Shown here: one piece after another, positions 12,701-25,642 of the stretch | Layout of the letters: each line of letters starts with the position of its first letter | Numbering within the stretch: position 1 is the first letter of the stretch | Assembly: GCA_030248215.1 (NCBI GenBank) | Contig: JASANG010003338.1 | Location: 310,001 to 374,000 of the forward strand | Length of the DNA: 64,000 nt | Direction of reading: 5' to 3' | From: Enoplolaimus lenunculus | Lineage: Eukaryota | Position numbers and translations under genes: made by a program | The notes under the pieces: generated by a model | Database searches by the model: none | Seen by the model: the letters and a program-made list of their open reading frames with translations, nothing else | What the model was told of the DNA's origin: nothing

Positions 12701-13941
12701 TTGTCAATAGCAGTTTACAACTATTTATTAACTATAAAAGCTGGCAAATAGCCAGGAAGGCTCGCCGCATGAACGAATTTTGACCCCTTTAAAATTTTTT
12801 GACTTTCTTCATAAGTCGTCTAGAACACTTGCAAGCCCTCCTTAAAAGTTTTCAGCTACCCTAGTAAGGTGAACGGGCTACGGGCTTGTTAGCCACTCGT
12901 TCACTCTACCTTTATAACATAATTTATATCTCAGGCTTAAAAAAGTTTCTGTGAACGATGCATTACTACTGTAAAGCCAAGCTTTCTTTATTTCAGGATC
13001 ACTTTCTTTGGGTCGAGCTTGCTCAATGGAAAGATCGGCTTGACTTAGTGCCACATTTTGACACTGACCAAGATGTCACTGGTGGACTCGGTGGAGCACT
13101 AGGATTCCAGCTTGGCCGTGAACAATGGTATGAGTTGGTTCAGGGCATATTACCGAAAACCCGAAATGAATTATCGTACGCTTTTCGCCACGTCAAAGAC
13201 ATGGAAACAAAGCCAACAAAATGTATTGGTGCAGCCGGGGCACGACTTAAACTATTCGAAGATTACACCGTAGACCGATGCACGGCTGAAGACTGGTTAC
13301 TTGCGGTTGAAAAGCATTCGCCTAATTGCGTTTGGCCTTTGGTTCGGCTAATTAATCCTGGTTATCGTGGTGCTAAATACACAACTGGCGATTCTGGAAC
13401 CGAGAACTGGCTATCGGCAGTGTCAAACGGTGACATAGGAACGAATAAGACGGCGAAAACTGGCGAAATTCTCCAAAATCCACAACAACAGCCACAATTG
13501 CCGTTATGCGACGTCACTCAAGCAAGCATTAATCGCCTGCAGCAAAAAATTGGACTCGCAAACGAATGGATATCGAAGCATTGCGTTCCACGTTGCGAAC
13601 GACATGAATTTGCTCTCGCCAGCCGGCAAGAAGTACGCGGTTACGTTGGTGATAATATTATTTTGCATATTTTCTACGCGAACCCATCGTATACGATTTT
13701 GGAAGAAGTTCAAACGCTCAAAATGACCGATTATGTATCGCTAGTAGGAGGACTTTGGGGTCTATGGCTTGGATCGAGCATTATTACGGTTATTCATTTG
13801 TGTGCAATTTGTTGTTATGTTGCAGCGAAAAAAGTGCAACAAAAGACATCGCAATGGTTTCGTTGTGTTGCAGCTGGGGAGACATCGACTGAAGGTGTCT
13901 TAACAAAAACATACGAAGATATGTCATGTATTTATGTTTAA
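9786..13941 (+). CDS. DEG/ENaC (amiloride-sensitive sodium channel family) subunit, 4 exons, 642 aa
   Basis: Exons 9786-9978, 10264-10438, 11032-11647 and 12997-13941 join in phase with GT-AG introns (1929 nt). Motifs: pre-TM1 HG (SGLHGI), TM1 (ALWFALLFCFFVLAV), post-TM1 FPNFTLC, FDCC...TFYGLCY, thumb YTVDRC...CVPRC, TM2 VGGLWGLWLGSSIITV with GxS filter. Exon 1 is the least certain part. Confidence 0.93.
10813..10968. mobile_element. MITE-D copy in DEG/ENaC intron 2
   Basis: GGCCAATGTAGAGAGAAC...GTAACAGTAGTATAAGCATAT...GTCCCGCA; flanks ATTTCTTG / GTTTGTTG (6/8). Confidence 0.65.
11779..12130. mobile_element. hAT-type MITE-C in DEG/ENaC intron 3
   Basis: TIR CAGGGTGCAACCGGAAT / ATTCCGGTTGCACCCTG; perfect 8-bp TSD CCTGCAAC; internal CCGGTT/CCGGAA repeats. 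Confidence 0.92.
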
Positions 13942-15376
13942 ATACTGCAATGATTATTCTGATTAAAACGACTGATTTTTGAAACAAAATACTAATTGTT
14001 GCCAAAAATTATGATATCAAAAATAAGGTTTGTGTTTTGACCAAAAATCAGTTTTAAAGTTGGTTATTTTACTAAACATCAAAAATTATATTTATTATGT
14101 TCAAATTTATATCACAAATCGGTTTTTAATCAGAACATCCATCGCAAGCACGTTCGCAGGAAGGTTGCCCAGCGATATCTAACTTAAATTTGTGTTCAGA
14201 CATTGTTACACTCGCCAGTGAACAACGCTATATCGTATTTCTGCCCGGATCATCTGAACCATTGCCTTACAGAATGTGACTAGTTTGTGGATATTGTCTC
14301 TCAAAATTGCATAGAAATGTTTCTTATTGTTTCGGAAACTCTCGTATAATCATAAGATATGTTTAAAAATTACCGAGGTTGTTTATGAAAAGATTTTTCA
14401 AAAACATTACTGCACCGAACGTGTTTTAGAAGCCGTTTCTCAACTGCGTCTATCGCGATTATTGCCAGTTAGTGACAGGTTTTGGAACAAGTCACCTGCG
14501 TCAATTGCAGATCTGCAAAAAATTTTCGCACAAGTAAAACCGATCAAATACAAACAGCATCGAATTTTTATAATTCTTGATAGGATGTTTCAAAATGTAC
14601 AGGACCTATCTCTAACTTGTAATAAGTGCTACACATTTGGGAATATGGGCATAGAATCCAGAGCCGATGCTAGGCCTAGCTTCTCCTCCCTTGGGGTTAG
14701 CGGCACCGAGCACCCAGTACCAGCCGTAGAGGCCCCCGATGCGCTCCAAAGAGACCCACGGGGATTTGTGTGTTATTCAACAAACTGCTGTGTTCACATT
14801 TGGGAACATGCTCGGCACATTGCTCACCCCACCTACAAATACTTTAGCCCGAACAGGAAACTTTTAACACCCGCTTCTGAATCATTAGGATCCTTCACAT
14901 CCCACGAAAATGTTTTCGCCGCACAAGTATATATTGAACAATTTTTGTGGCACCGTTGACAAAATTATTGTGAACGAAGCATTTACATTTAAATTCTGAT
15001 TGATATTTCAACAATATTGAAGTTAGTTTTTGTATTCACTTGATTTCCATTTATTGTATTTTTTCTATTAATACGTGCGCTTTTAATGCAGAAAATTCCA
15101 ACTATTTCAAGTCAATACTATGCGCATCTGACGGTAAGACCTTAACCTTATTTATCCCATGAAAGATCGAAGCAGATAAATTACCAGCCGAAAGCATTAT
15201 ACCTTTTACTATAAAAAGTTCTTTTATTGAAATACAGATTAGTTTAGTTTTATCATTTTCGGCACAAAAAGATAACTTTTCTTATAAACTGCTACAACAA
15301 AAGTTATTCTTTAAGTTTTTTAACGTGTTTTGTTAGAACCTGTCAGCAAACTAAACGATAAGGGTGTCGAAGCAGC

Positions 15377-15549
15377 GACCAATGTATAGAACAGCGCTGT
15401 AACAGTAGTATAAGCATATTGGAAAGCCTAAGTGTAAGAATTAAACCTAAGTCTACTAAACCTGAGCAAAAAAAGAGTCTAAAGCATAATAAGCTTACTC
15501 TATTGCAGTCCCGCAGAAAAACGTTTCGCCTTTAAACTTTACATGGGCC
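15377..15549. mobile_element. MITE-D copy
   Basis: GACCAATGTATAGAAC ... TTTACATGGGCC; flanks GAAGCAGC / GAATGAGC (6/8). Confidence 0.7.
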
Positions 15550-17137
15550 GAATGAGCGAACAAAAACAGGTACAATTGCAGAGATAATTAAGCTGGCTAT
15601 ATTGAAATTTGGTTAAAGTTTGAAATTTCGGATGTATATCGGCTCAAAGGTAAAAATATACCAAATTGATAGACGTCGGATATTTTTTGCATATTCGGAT
15701 ACCATAATTATTTCCGAATATGAAAACCATACATCAGGAGAGGGTTGAAAACCCGTTTCCTCCATAATTAGCAGAAGTCATATGGCACGTTTGAAGGTCT
15801 TTTGCACACTTCGGCTGTTTTTAATGCCCTCGAATATAGTAAAATAAAAGGTTTTCAAAAAATTTTAATTCAGCCTAAAACGTCATTTACAATTTGAGAC
15901 ACTGATGTGTATGGTTGAGTGAAACCGGACCGTTGGTTGTTCAGCAATTGCACAAGTATATTTTTAGTCAAAACACAGCTTTTGTCGGTCCGGTATTTAT
16001 AAAGTTTTGTTTATGTACAGTGTATAGCAGCGTATAGTAGTATCAGAAAAGACACAATTATAACAGTTGCCAATAATTAATATTAATCATACATTTTTAC
16101 TCGAGGTTCCATCACTCGAATTGGGATATATTCCAAAAACCAACTAGTCCACTGACATCGTACCCTCGTGAAGCCACAAGCGTAGCCACGATTTTTTGTT
16201 CGGGAAGGGGCCGAAGCGTTTATTTATAAATGCTAAAACAGCATTTCGAACTGAAACTCGAAAACGTGTGTAGTGTTTCATTTCTGACTCGTTCCTTAGC
16301 ATTATTTGATTAGTTGACATGAGATATTCGGGCCGGTTGCACGATTATCGACCTTCAAACCAGAAAATGAGTTCATTTTACATGTATAATCTATAATATG
16401 TAACCCTAAAATTTACCTTAATAGCTGCGTCCCTGGACAAATTTTCAATCCTGAGACGGGCGTGGATCTCAAACCAATGTGCAACAAAAAATAAAGTAAC
16501 ATATTTTGCGACAAGACTGAATTCAAAATTTTGACGAGAAATATAGAAAATTTGTCATTTTTAAGTTAACATTTTGGAAATTTTATGTAAAATTTGTTAA
16601 ATCATAGCTAAACCAATATCAAACAAGTAAAAGAACCTGTGTTATATTTTTAAACATCGAATTAACGTTTATATAAATACTTCCAGGGTGTAAAAAGTGA
16701 TAAGAAAAGTAACGGTAACGGAAACGGATTTAAAATAGCGGAAACAAACACGAAAATCGGATATTGATGTAAACGTTTTTAAGTGCTTATTTTTGCGCTA
16801 ATAATATTGAGAAACGCAGCTATTCAGCGAGCTTTCTAAAATTTTAAAGAAAAATAGCGGATTGAGCACAAATGTTCTAAAATTTTACAAAAATTCGTTA
16901 TTTTTAGCTCAAATCATACAATTACAGCGTATCTGTGCTGAAAAAAACTGAATGCTTCAAGCAATTTATATACAACTAACTATATATGTACAAACATAAC
17001 AGAATTTCCGGTAATTTATAAAACATTAACAGAAACAGAAATATACACCGATTTTTACTGGACACAGATATCTGGCTTACCTCCGGTTTACTATAGGCTC
17101 CACATTCTGAATTTTTAGAGTTGATGAAATAGTTCCT

Positions 17138-20100
17138 ATGATAGGTCGTTATCCATTAGTATTAGCATCATTTTGTCTTTGCGCATGTGTTTTAATTACC
17201 TTACTTTATAATAATTCAAGTAGCTGTATTGCAAAACCACTCTTGAAGCATATTACTGAAGCCATTCACACATGTAGTTGTAAGTGTAGTCGAAATATAT
17301 GAGCTACATGAATTTTTGTGTCCAACTAGAGGCAACATCTTTTAACTCAGGAGCCGAAACACGCGCATATGCTGTGTAAATGTATTTGCATCAGCAGTTG
17401 ACGCGTAGGCAGTCTATCACACAAAATAAATTGTCTTAAAATTACAAGACTCCTACTTTCATAAATTTTCAATACATTAATGTCTTGTATTTCAGACATT
17501 AATAGCCTAAAACAACTGAGAAATTTGTTTCTTAAATGGTTAACACATAAATATCTTATATTCAAGAAATTGCTATTGTCAATTTTAAGACCCAAATTTG
17601 TTTCATTAAATTTCTGACAATATGTGTTGAATACAAGACAACTTATTTTGTGTGCATAGCAAGAATCGGTGATGACTCTAAACAAGAGTGTGCAACTCAT
17701 TTAACACATATTACTTCTTTTTCAATTGGACAGCACGGTTGACCTCAAAGATTGATTTTCAAATGAGAGTTTCTATCTACGACCACTTTCATTGTACAGT
17801 TAAAATACTGTTTTTTTCTGTTGACACTGGTTTTTAAACTTCTGAACTTTACCGCTCTTGTCATTTGTCTACTGAAAATTAATAAAATGTTTTAAATTTA
17901 CATGTATCAGTTCGTGGTTCTTTCATTTTGCGGGTACCGTCAGCTAAAATGTAATGATTTGAAGCGCGTATGAACGCTAATGTGGTCCCTGTTAACCCGC
18001 TAGCAATCACATTTGCTTTATTTGCCATTTTGAAAATTTGCATATTAAAAACCGTTTCGTTTCACTGAACACAGGCATGAATTAAAATACCATAAGTACA
18101 ATTTTAGTTGAAACAAGTTGTTTCAGAGTTTAAATATTTTCCAAGATGTTAATAATTTTAGGTGAATTTTTCAGTTTACTGCAAAGCTACTTCAAGAACT
18201 GTGTGATTTTTTGTTTTTATGTGTTTTTCTATTTCAGCAAGACTACGTCCATTGAGCAACAATGATTTTAATGTGATCAGGCATAAATTACTGTATCCGC
18301 CATTTCCACCAAACACCGTTCTTTACTATGGCAGGCCAATTCGAACGATATTTGAAAAATCCAAATTGTTCTACTGTGGAATTCCGAAAAATTCTCATAC
18401 ACAATTTTTAGGTCGGCATTTTATTGTTTTCGGCTTGGTGATTTTTAAGCTGGTCAATGAACAGGCAAGGGCGAAACGTTAATTTACTACTAACAAATTG
18501 TTGACTTGCATTTTCAAACTCAACGGAACACAAAATTAAGGAATGTGTATATCCACTATAAAAACCGTTTTGGAAGTTGTTCTTTGAAACTCGATAAATG
18601 GTTAAAATAGCGTTTTATTTTAGGCATGAGTCCATATTTAGATCGGTTACCCGGTGTACCCTTCGTAGTGGTCATATCGCTTGTTTTTATCGATAGACTC
18701 GTATAAATTTAAATTAACTTTAACCTTTAACTGTTGATAAAACTGCTATTTCAGCACTGGCCTGCACAGCGGAACTTAATTTGGGGTATGAAAACTTACA
18801 TAAACAACCATTCACAGTGTATTTTACTGAAGAATGCAAAAAGTCGTACAAAATTGCACCAGAATATTTATTCGATGAAAAGTTAGTAAATTATTAAGTT
18901 TGGTCTAAAAGAAAAAAGTTTAAAATAACATTCCGATTGACCAATCAAGCTGCAGGTGCAAGAAATTCAAGCGACTTGCAACTGCGTCCACAGGTGCGAA
19001 TTAAATTCAATAGCATGAATTGCAGTACTGTAGTGACCCGAATGAGAGGGGGTAATAACAGGTGGTCCCCATTTTAGTTCCAATCAATAGGACTCCGTGT
19101 TCCTAACAACAGTCCATAAGCGGATAGAGACCATAAACCCTAACTAGAGTCCATAAATATCAGTTAACCCTAATTGTAGCGCATAAATGACTCCAGCACC
19201 AAATACAGCTGAGTTGGAAACTTTAAAGCATACTTAAGTTTTGAAAGTACATTCCTAACCTTGCATTATCGCTAAAGCTTTCGATGCAAGTCAAAAAACT
19301 TTAATTCAACGGATAGTTGCAATACCGGATATATCAGTAACGAAGGGTGGCGGAGGGTGGGTTGAAATTAAATAACAGTCCGTAACCGAATACCATGGGG
19401 TACCCTCTGGAGAGGCCAAATAAATATGATCCCCCCTCTTATTCGGGTCACTACAGTAAATGATTTGCAGCCTGCATGAACTTCAAAGAAAACCTTGAGC
19501 GATTGTAAACTTGTAGGTTTTATACCGCCTACCCTCGGCACCTAAAATTTACGATGTAACCACTAGAATCGAGAGAGATATTATCCCGAGCTCGGGGTAC
19601 TGTCCGCCCAAAGTTTCTCACACTTGGTAGTTGTGTGTCCACGGTAAATGGTATAAATCCACAAGTTAATGACAGGGACGAATAAAGGGCCCACACCACT
19701 CCCAGTATCCAGGCACAACCAAACTAAGTTACAAATTCATACGCCCACGAGTGGTTAGCCACTACCAAATCACGTGTCCAGGTGATTTCACTTAAGCACT
19801 AGCGGTTACATTGCCTAACTGCGAGTGATAATAATCAATTCTTCGGGTAACTTATTTATAAATCACGCAGACGTCCAAAACTTTAGTACAGCTTGAGGCG
19901 GCAAGAGTAGCTAATTTTCAACCCAAGAGCCTAGGACTAACTCGGAACGGCGAAGACGGGACCATCGGCTAAAATTGGTGAAACCCCAGGTTCGAGTGCA
20001 ACGAAGACCGGGTCGACCCATATGTATTTTTCAGCTACCTCAAAACTTAGCTTACAACTGCGTGACATACGCACTATACAGTAGTACGGACTCTGTACTA

Positions 20101-22809
20101 CCTCATACTAAACTTTATAAATTCTGCAATAACACCCAATACTCTATGTGAACCCAGATACAGCCTCTTTCAACCTGCACCTTCGAAAGCCGCTTTATAT
20201 GTCCAGAACTCACTGTACAGTGACCGTGCGTAAGGCTCTGCTTGCACCGAACAGGTCCCGCGGCTTATAAATCCATCTCGCATCAAGACATGTGCATCTC
20301 AGGCTCAGAAGATAGATTTTCAGCTTCACGAGCCGTGCTCGCATTGCTATCTCTGCAGCGATAATACAAGGTTATATTTAGGAATGAACTTTCAAAACTT
20401 AAGCATAGTTTAATGTTTTGAACTCAACTTAATTTGGTCCTGAAGTCATTTCATGAGCTAAAATTTAGGTATAATTGACATTTATGGACACTAATTAAGG
20501 TTGATGGACTCTATCCGCGTACGGACTCTTATTAGGAATACAGACTCCTATTGATTGAAACTTAAAATTGGGACCACCTCTTATTATCTCGCCGCCCTCT
20601 GATGTGCGTCACAACAGTACAGTATTTAATAGTCGATGCAGCGTTAAACATCAAGTACTTGATTGACAAAGATAAACCTTAGTGTATTTTATCCTAGGAG
20701 AGCAAAAAATTTTGATTCGTTTTGAATATTCTGTCACGATTACTGTTTTAGTGGTGCATCCTGTGAACCTGTCGGACATTTTCTATGTTTCTTTGCAGTT
20801 ACAGCCTTATGAAATAAACATTCTACCAATACGCTGCCCTGATCTGATTATATTCGTTGTCATCTTATAGATTTGTTTTTGTTTTCAGACTTCAATCAAT
20901 ATGGAATTCCGACGAATGGCACAAACTTGCAATTGTCCGACATCCGTTAGAACGGTTTATATCCGGTTATTTAGACATTTGTCTTCGTCAAAGACATAAA
21001 TGTTACGCGTGTGGTCATGATATTCATTGTTTTGCACGACATACATATCAAACGATGACCGGAATAATACAACATCAAATTAAATTTGAACATCGAGATT
21101 TTTCAACAAATCATTTTTACCCGCAATCGTGGTACTGTGAATTTAGTAATATTGTAGAACCGGAGCGATATCCAAATATTGGGCGTTTTACAATTTTAAA
21201 GTATAACAAATCGACAGAATTTAAACAACTGGTCAGAAAAGTTCTAGTCGAATTTGGATTTCCGCGTAGATTGATCTATTCCGGCTGGGGTGATAACGGG
21301 TATGTCACATTTATGAATATCTATTTGTCTCAGTTTTGAATCCGTAGCTTGAAGCGGATCGCAAATTTTAACCCGCTTCCCTTTAATTTTTTGATCCATC
21401 TAGAAGAGCTTTTAACTGGCTTGTAAGTCTTGTAAAATTTTGCATACGTCTCCTGAATAGTTGAAGCCTCCACCCAGCTTGTTGAGCTGGGTACGGACTT
21501 CAATAGTAGCCATTTAGCCTGTTCCATGTTCGGAATAGTCTGGGCAATATATATGCCAACTGAAATTGATAAGAGCAGGTAAAACGCGTTATCACAACAT
21601 TGTTGTTGATTAAGAATCAATTTTGTTATGTCGCTCACACGTTACCATACGTGCACTCGGCACATCCATCGTCCCCCTATACTGTTTTAAAAAGGCTAGC
21701 TATACTGTTATTGCGTAACTGTGTGCGGATACTTTATCTCTAAATAAAAAATGTCCGCATAGACTTTATTGCGTTGACGGACATTTTGTATACTGTTTGC
21801 GCATTATGTTAATATTAAATATAGAGTTACGTGAATTGTGGGACTTTGTCGTTACAGTCTAAAAGGCGTCGCCGGAAAGCGCTAATTAAGGTAATTAATT
21901 GACAGCGTAAGTTTGTTGTTTTTTGCAAGTTCGCCAACATTTCCCGCGAGAATTTGAATTTCGCGCCAAAATTTGAATTTTCACGCCTAAATTTGAATTT
22001 GCCGCCAAAATTGGAATTTTCCCGCCAAAATTTGAATTTCCCCCAAAATTTGAATTTTCTGCCAAAATTTGGATTTTGCCGCCAAAATTTTAATTTTGCG
22101 CTGAAATTTGAGTTTTCCCGCCAAAATTTGAATTTGCCGCCAAAATTTGAATTTTCCCGCATAAATTTGAATTTTCCCGCCTAAATTTGAATTTCCCGCC
22201 AAAATTTGAATTTGCCGCCAAAATTTGAATTTTCCCACCTAAATTTGAATTTGCCGCCAAAATTTGATCATATAAAAATATTGTCCACTACACTGTTTTT
22301 CAAACATTTCATTGTCCTAGACAGTGTCACTGCAAACAGTTTTATGACCAAAAAATTTTCTCAAATAAAAAATTTTAGGAGGGAGGCTTTTAACCCTTTA
22401 TCAAGTTATAACAGGGTTAAAACATTTTGAGACTGGAAAATACGCGTTTTCACGTAAAAAATATTCTCAATAAACACAAAATCTCACAATCTGGCACGGA
22501 AAGATACCCGGTTCTCGTCGCCAAACTTTGGCAAAGTTCAAAATCTTTGTTTTTAGTTTAAACATTTAACTTTAGTTGACCACTTGACCAACATATAAAG
22601 ATATATTTTTTATATAAAAGCAACAGTGTTCAGTGAAAAATTTCAGCACTGATCCATTCTTACGGCCATCAACAAAACACGCGTCGTCGGCTGACGATTT
22701 TAATTATCGTTTGAAGCAAATCACTGACAATTCAACGACACTGAACTATATTCATCAAACATACGCAATTGACTATTTGAATTTTGGTTTCGACTTTGTT
22801 TACAAATAA
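17138..22809 (+). CDS. Golgi type II membrane carbohydrate sulfotransferase (Sulfotransfer_2 / CHST8-14-like), copy 1, 351 aa
   Basis: Exons 17138-17279, 18162-18200, 18238-18411, 18755-18881, 20889-21299 and 22647-22809 are in phase (1056 nt). N-terminal anchor LVLASFCLCACVLITLL; 5'-PSB YCGIPKNSHT; 3'-PB VRHPLERFISGY; HFYPQSWYC; C-terminal YAIDYLNFGF. Confidence 0.92.
19026..19458. mobile_element. MITE-A full copy (reverse orientation)
   Basis: TACTGTAGTGACCCGAATGAGAGGGG ... CCCCTCTTATTCGGGTCACTACAGTA. Confidence 0.92.
19504..20357 (-). mobile_element. Probable solo LTR (854 bp) in intron 4 of sulfotransferase copy 1
   Basis: TG...CA termini with a 5-bp direct repeat GCGAT on both sides (19499-19503, 20358-20362). 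It interrupts the MITE-A sequence TTGAGCGATAATACAAGG. GC-richer, non-coding, with TATAAA on the minus strand near 20199, so orientation is tentative. Confidence 0.65.
20358..20619. mobile_element. MITE-A partial copy adjoining the solo LTR
   Basis: One half of the element, starting GCGATAATACAAGG and ending GTCACAACAGTA. Confidence 0.82.
21942..22267. repeat. ~20-bp minisatellite (CCGCCAAAATTTGAATTTTC)n
   Basis: About 16 imperfect tandem units in intron 5 of sulfotransferase copy 1 only. Confidence 0.93.
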
Positions 22810-23128
22810 ACAAATGCAGTTGATGAAGTTGCAATACTTTCAATTCCGTTTTTAATAGCACCAATATTTTACCTGCAGTATGAAATCATAAACGCAAATA
22901 TTGCCGGCAACAATGTAGCAATACGCGTCTTGAGTGTTCCATGTTTAGTAACATAATTTACTATTTTTATTATGCGGCTGGAAGGTGAAGCAATTTTGCA
23001 TGGGTATACTCTCGGGGGTGAAAAACTATTTTTCTGTAAAAATTTGAGAAGGGGATATATTCACTTATCCTCATTGCATATGCCCCAGGATAACGCATCA
23101 AGTCAGCTTCGACTTAAAATTATTAACA

Positions 23129-23517
23129 TACTGTAGTGGCCCGACTAATAGGGGGCTGATATTTATTTGGCCTCTCCAGAGGGTAAACCCACGCTCCGCC
23201 GCCCTTTGTTACTGATATATCCGGTACTGCAATTATCCGTTGAATCAAACGCTTATTTGTCTTGTGTTAATAGCTTGAGCGATAATACAAGGTTATACTT
23301 CGGAATGTTCTTTCAAAATTTACGTACGCTTTAAAGTTTCAAACTAAACTTATTTGGTCATGGACTCATTTATGCGCTACAATTAGGGTTAATTGACATT
23401 TATGGACTCTAATTAGGGCTTAGGGACTCTATCCGCTTACGGACTCTTATTAGGGATACGGATTCCTATTGATTCGGACTCAAAATGGGGACCCCTCTTA
23501 TTCGGGTAAATACAGTA
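23129..23517. mobile_element. MITE-A copy with small internal deletions
   Basis: TACTGTAGTGGCCCGACTAATAGGGGG ... CCCCTCTTATTCGGGTAAATACAGTA. Confidence 0.9.
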
Positions 23518-25642
23518 TATATATTGGATTTTCAAATATTTACGTCATGTCGCATTGGACTTTAAAAACGATAGATTTCAATTTCAAATAATTAGTGTTT
23601 TTTCGCGCAACAACTAAACGAATATTTGTTTTACTTCCAGCTGCATTGATACACATTTCCCGGCAACAGTAAGAATATGGCACGGCATTTTAGATATACT
23701 TTTGATTATTTATACACGATTTGAAAACAGACTTTACTTAATGCTAAAACAGCGTTCCGGAAGATGCGGATTGAACCTTGAAAAGTATATAAATTAGCGT
23801 TTGATTTTTTACCCTATAACTTAGCATTTTTGATTAGTTGATATCATTGTTAATGGATATCTTTCCCGCCGCTTGCCCGCTTAATGACCATGCAAACCCG
23901 AAAATGAGTCCATAATCGTTATAGACGGGCACAGGATATGCAGATATTTAATATCCAAATACGAAAAATATCCGGATATGTATCCGAAAAGAAACGTGTG
24001 TGTGGATATTCTAATATCCGCCGGATATCCTAAATGCTATTGTGTCTAAAAATTTATCGAATAATTTACATTGTGTCACCATTAAATTTGCTGAAGCTGA
24101 CGAAAATAGATTCTGTATTCGAACCTGAGCTAAAATGTTGAGCTACATACCCGCATAATTTCACGATGATTTAAAATTTTGATTTCTTAAAACATGTCAA
24201 AATTATAACATGATACTTTTTTGAATCCTGACTTCGGCGCGGTAAAGTACTAAATTTATTACCTCTGCAAGAAACAAAATCCACTTTATACGAATTCCAA
24301 GTCGTGTTGCGAGATTACATACTGGGCGTCATTTGAAATTCTGATCACTCTTGATTTAATTAAGACGCCAAGCCTAACTGAGTATGATGCTACTTATTAA
24401 AAGGCTAGTTTGTTTGCAAATATGGCAATCTGTAAAGGACACGTTTAAAATTCCCATGACACAGATCCCATGAGCTCATAAACTTTGAATTCAAACACTC
24501 CGCGCTAAGCGACTTTCTTATCCACCAAAGCAGTCCAAAAGTGCTTTATCAGCGATAAAAGCTGTCTGAATAATGAACAGCTTAGTGTGGGGTTGGTGAG
24601 CGACAACCCCATCCTGCCTAATGTCCTTTCAAAATGTGAAAGGTTCAAGGAAGCCGAAGCCTCCCACTGAGTGAGAAAAAGCAGAAAATTGATTCAAAAT
24701 CTTTAGTTACAGAAAAAGTTTCCTCTAAACATTTGCGTTGTGAAATTAATTGTGAATCATATGCGCTAAATTCTGTCATTAAATTCAAAAAATGACGCAA
24801 TTCAACTCAGCGCGTCGCTTTTATGCAGTGATAAACATGAAAAATACAAATTTCTGAACTGGTGGAAATAGGTACATTTTCGGTTCCGCTTCCGCAGAAG
24901 ATCAGAAAAAGTGAAAGTATATATTCAAGTCTTAAAAAATTGAAATTTAATTATCAGGGGAGGTTACAAGGAGCCAAATCAGCATTATGTTCCAATATAT
25001 TAAGACTAGAACAGATCTATAGATTAACAGCCAAAATAAATTCATCTGTTTAAGCCTCCTCAGCGTAGTCAACACAAATAGAATTGGAGACAAACCAAAT
25101 TAACTCAATTTCAGGTGGCTAACGCAAGTATTTATTAGTCAGTAGTAGTCTTTTAAACGTAATACTCAGTACTGTTGAAGCAGTTGCATAATAGAAAGCT
25201 ATTTTTGGAATTGTATGTTTTACGCTCTTGGCAATCAGCTTGATGATCAGGGTACAATACTTAAAGCAACAAGTTAAAACAAGAGCTTGAGAAACAAAAA
25301 TTGAGGTTCATAAACCCAAAAAACGCAAATTCGAATTTAGGATATCCGAAATAGAAAACTTTTTTGGATATCCGAAATAGAAAACTTTTTCGGACATCCG
25401 GATCCGAATATCCTGCAAAAGTTACCGGATATCTGGAAAACGTTACCGAATATCCGGATCACGAAAAAATATCCGATGCCCATCACTAATTATAATATAT
25501 ATAAATATATGTTACGGTTGTGTGCAGTATCTGTACTGAAATAGAGAAAGACACTGATTTTTACAGGAAACAGATATCTGGTTTACACCCGGTTTACTAC
25601 AGGTTCCACATTCTGAATTTTAGAGTTAATGAAATCGTTCCT

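Noticed and set aside
14327..14959. 210-aa ORF with a GC-rich patch that hinted at an HDV-like ribozyme
   Set aside because: No recognisable domain or splice context. The HDV P1.1 and J4/2 elements could not be fitted.
21827..22430. Repetitive ORFs and a superficially CRISPR-like array
   Set aside because: Head-to-tail 20-bp minisatellite with no unique spacers and no cas genes, in a eukaryotic intron.
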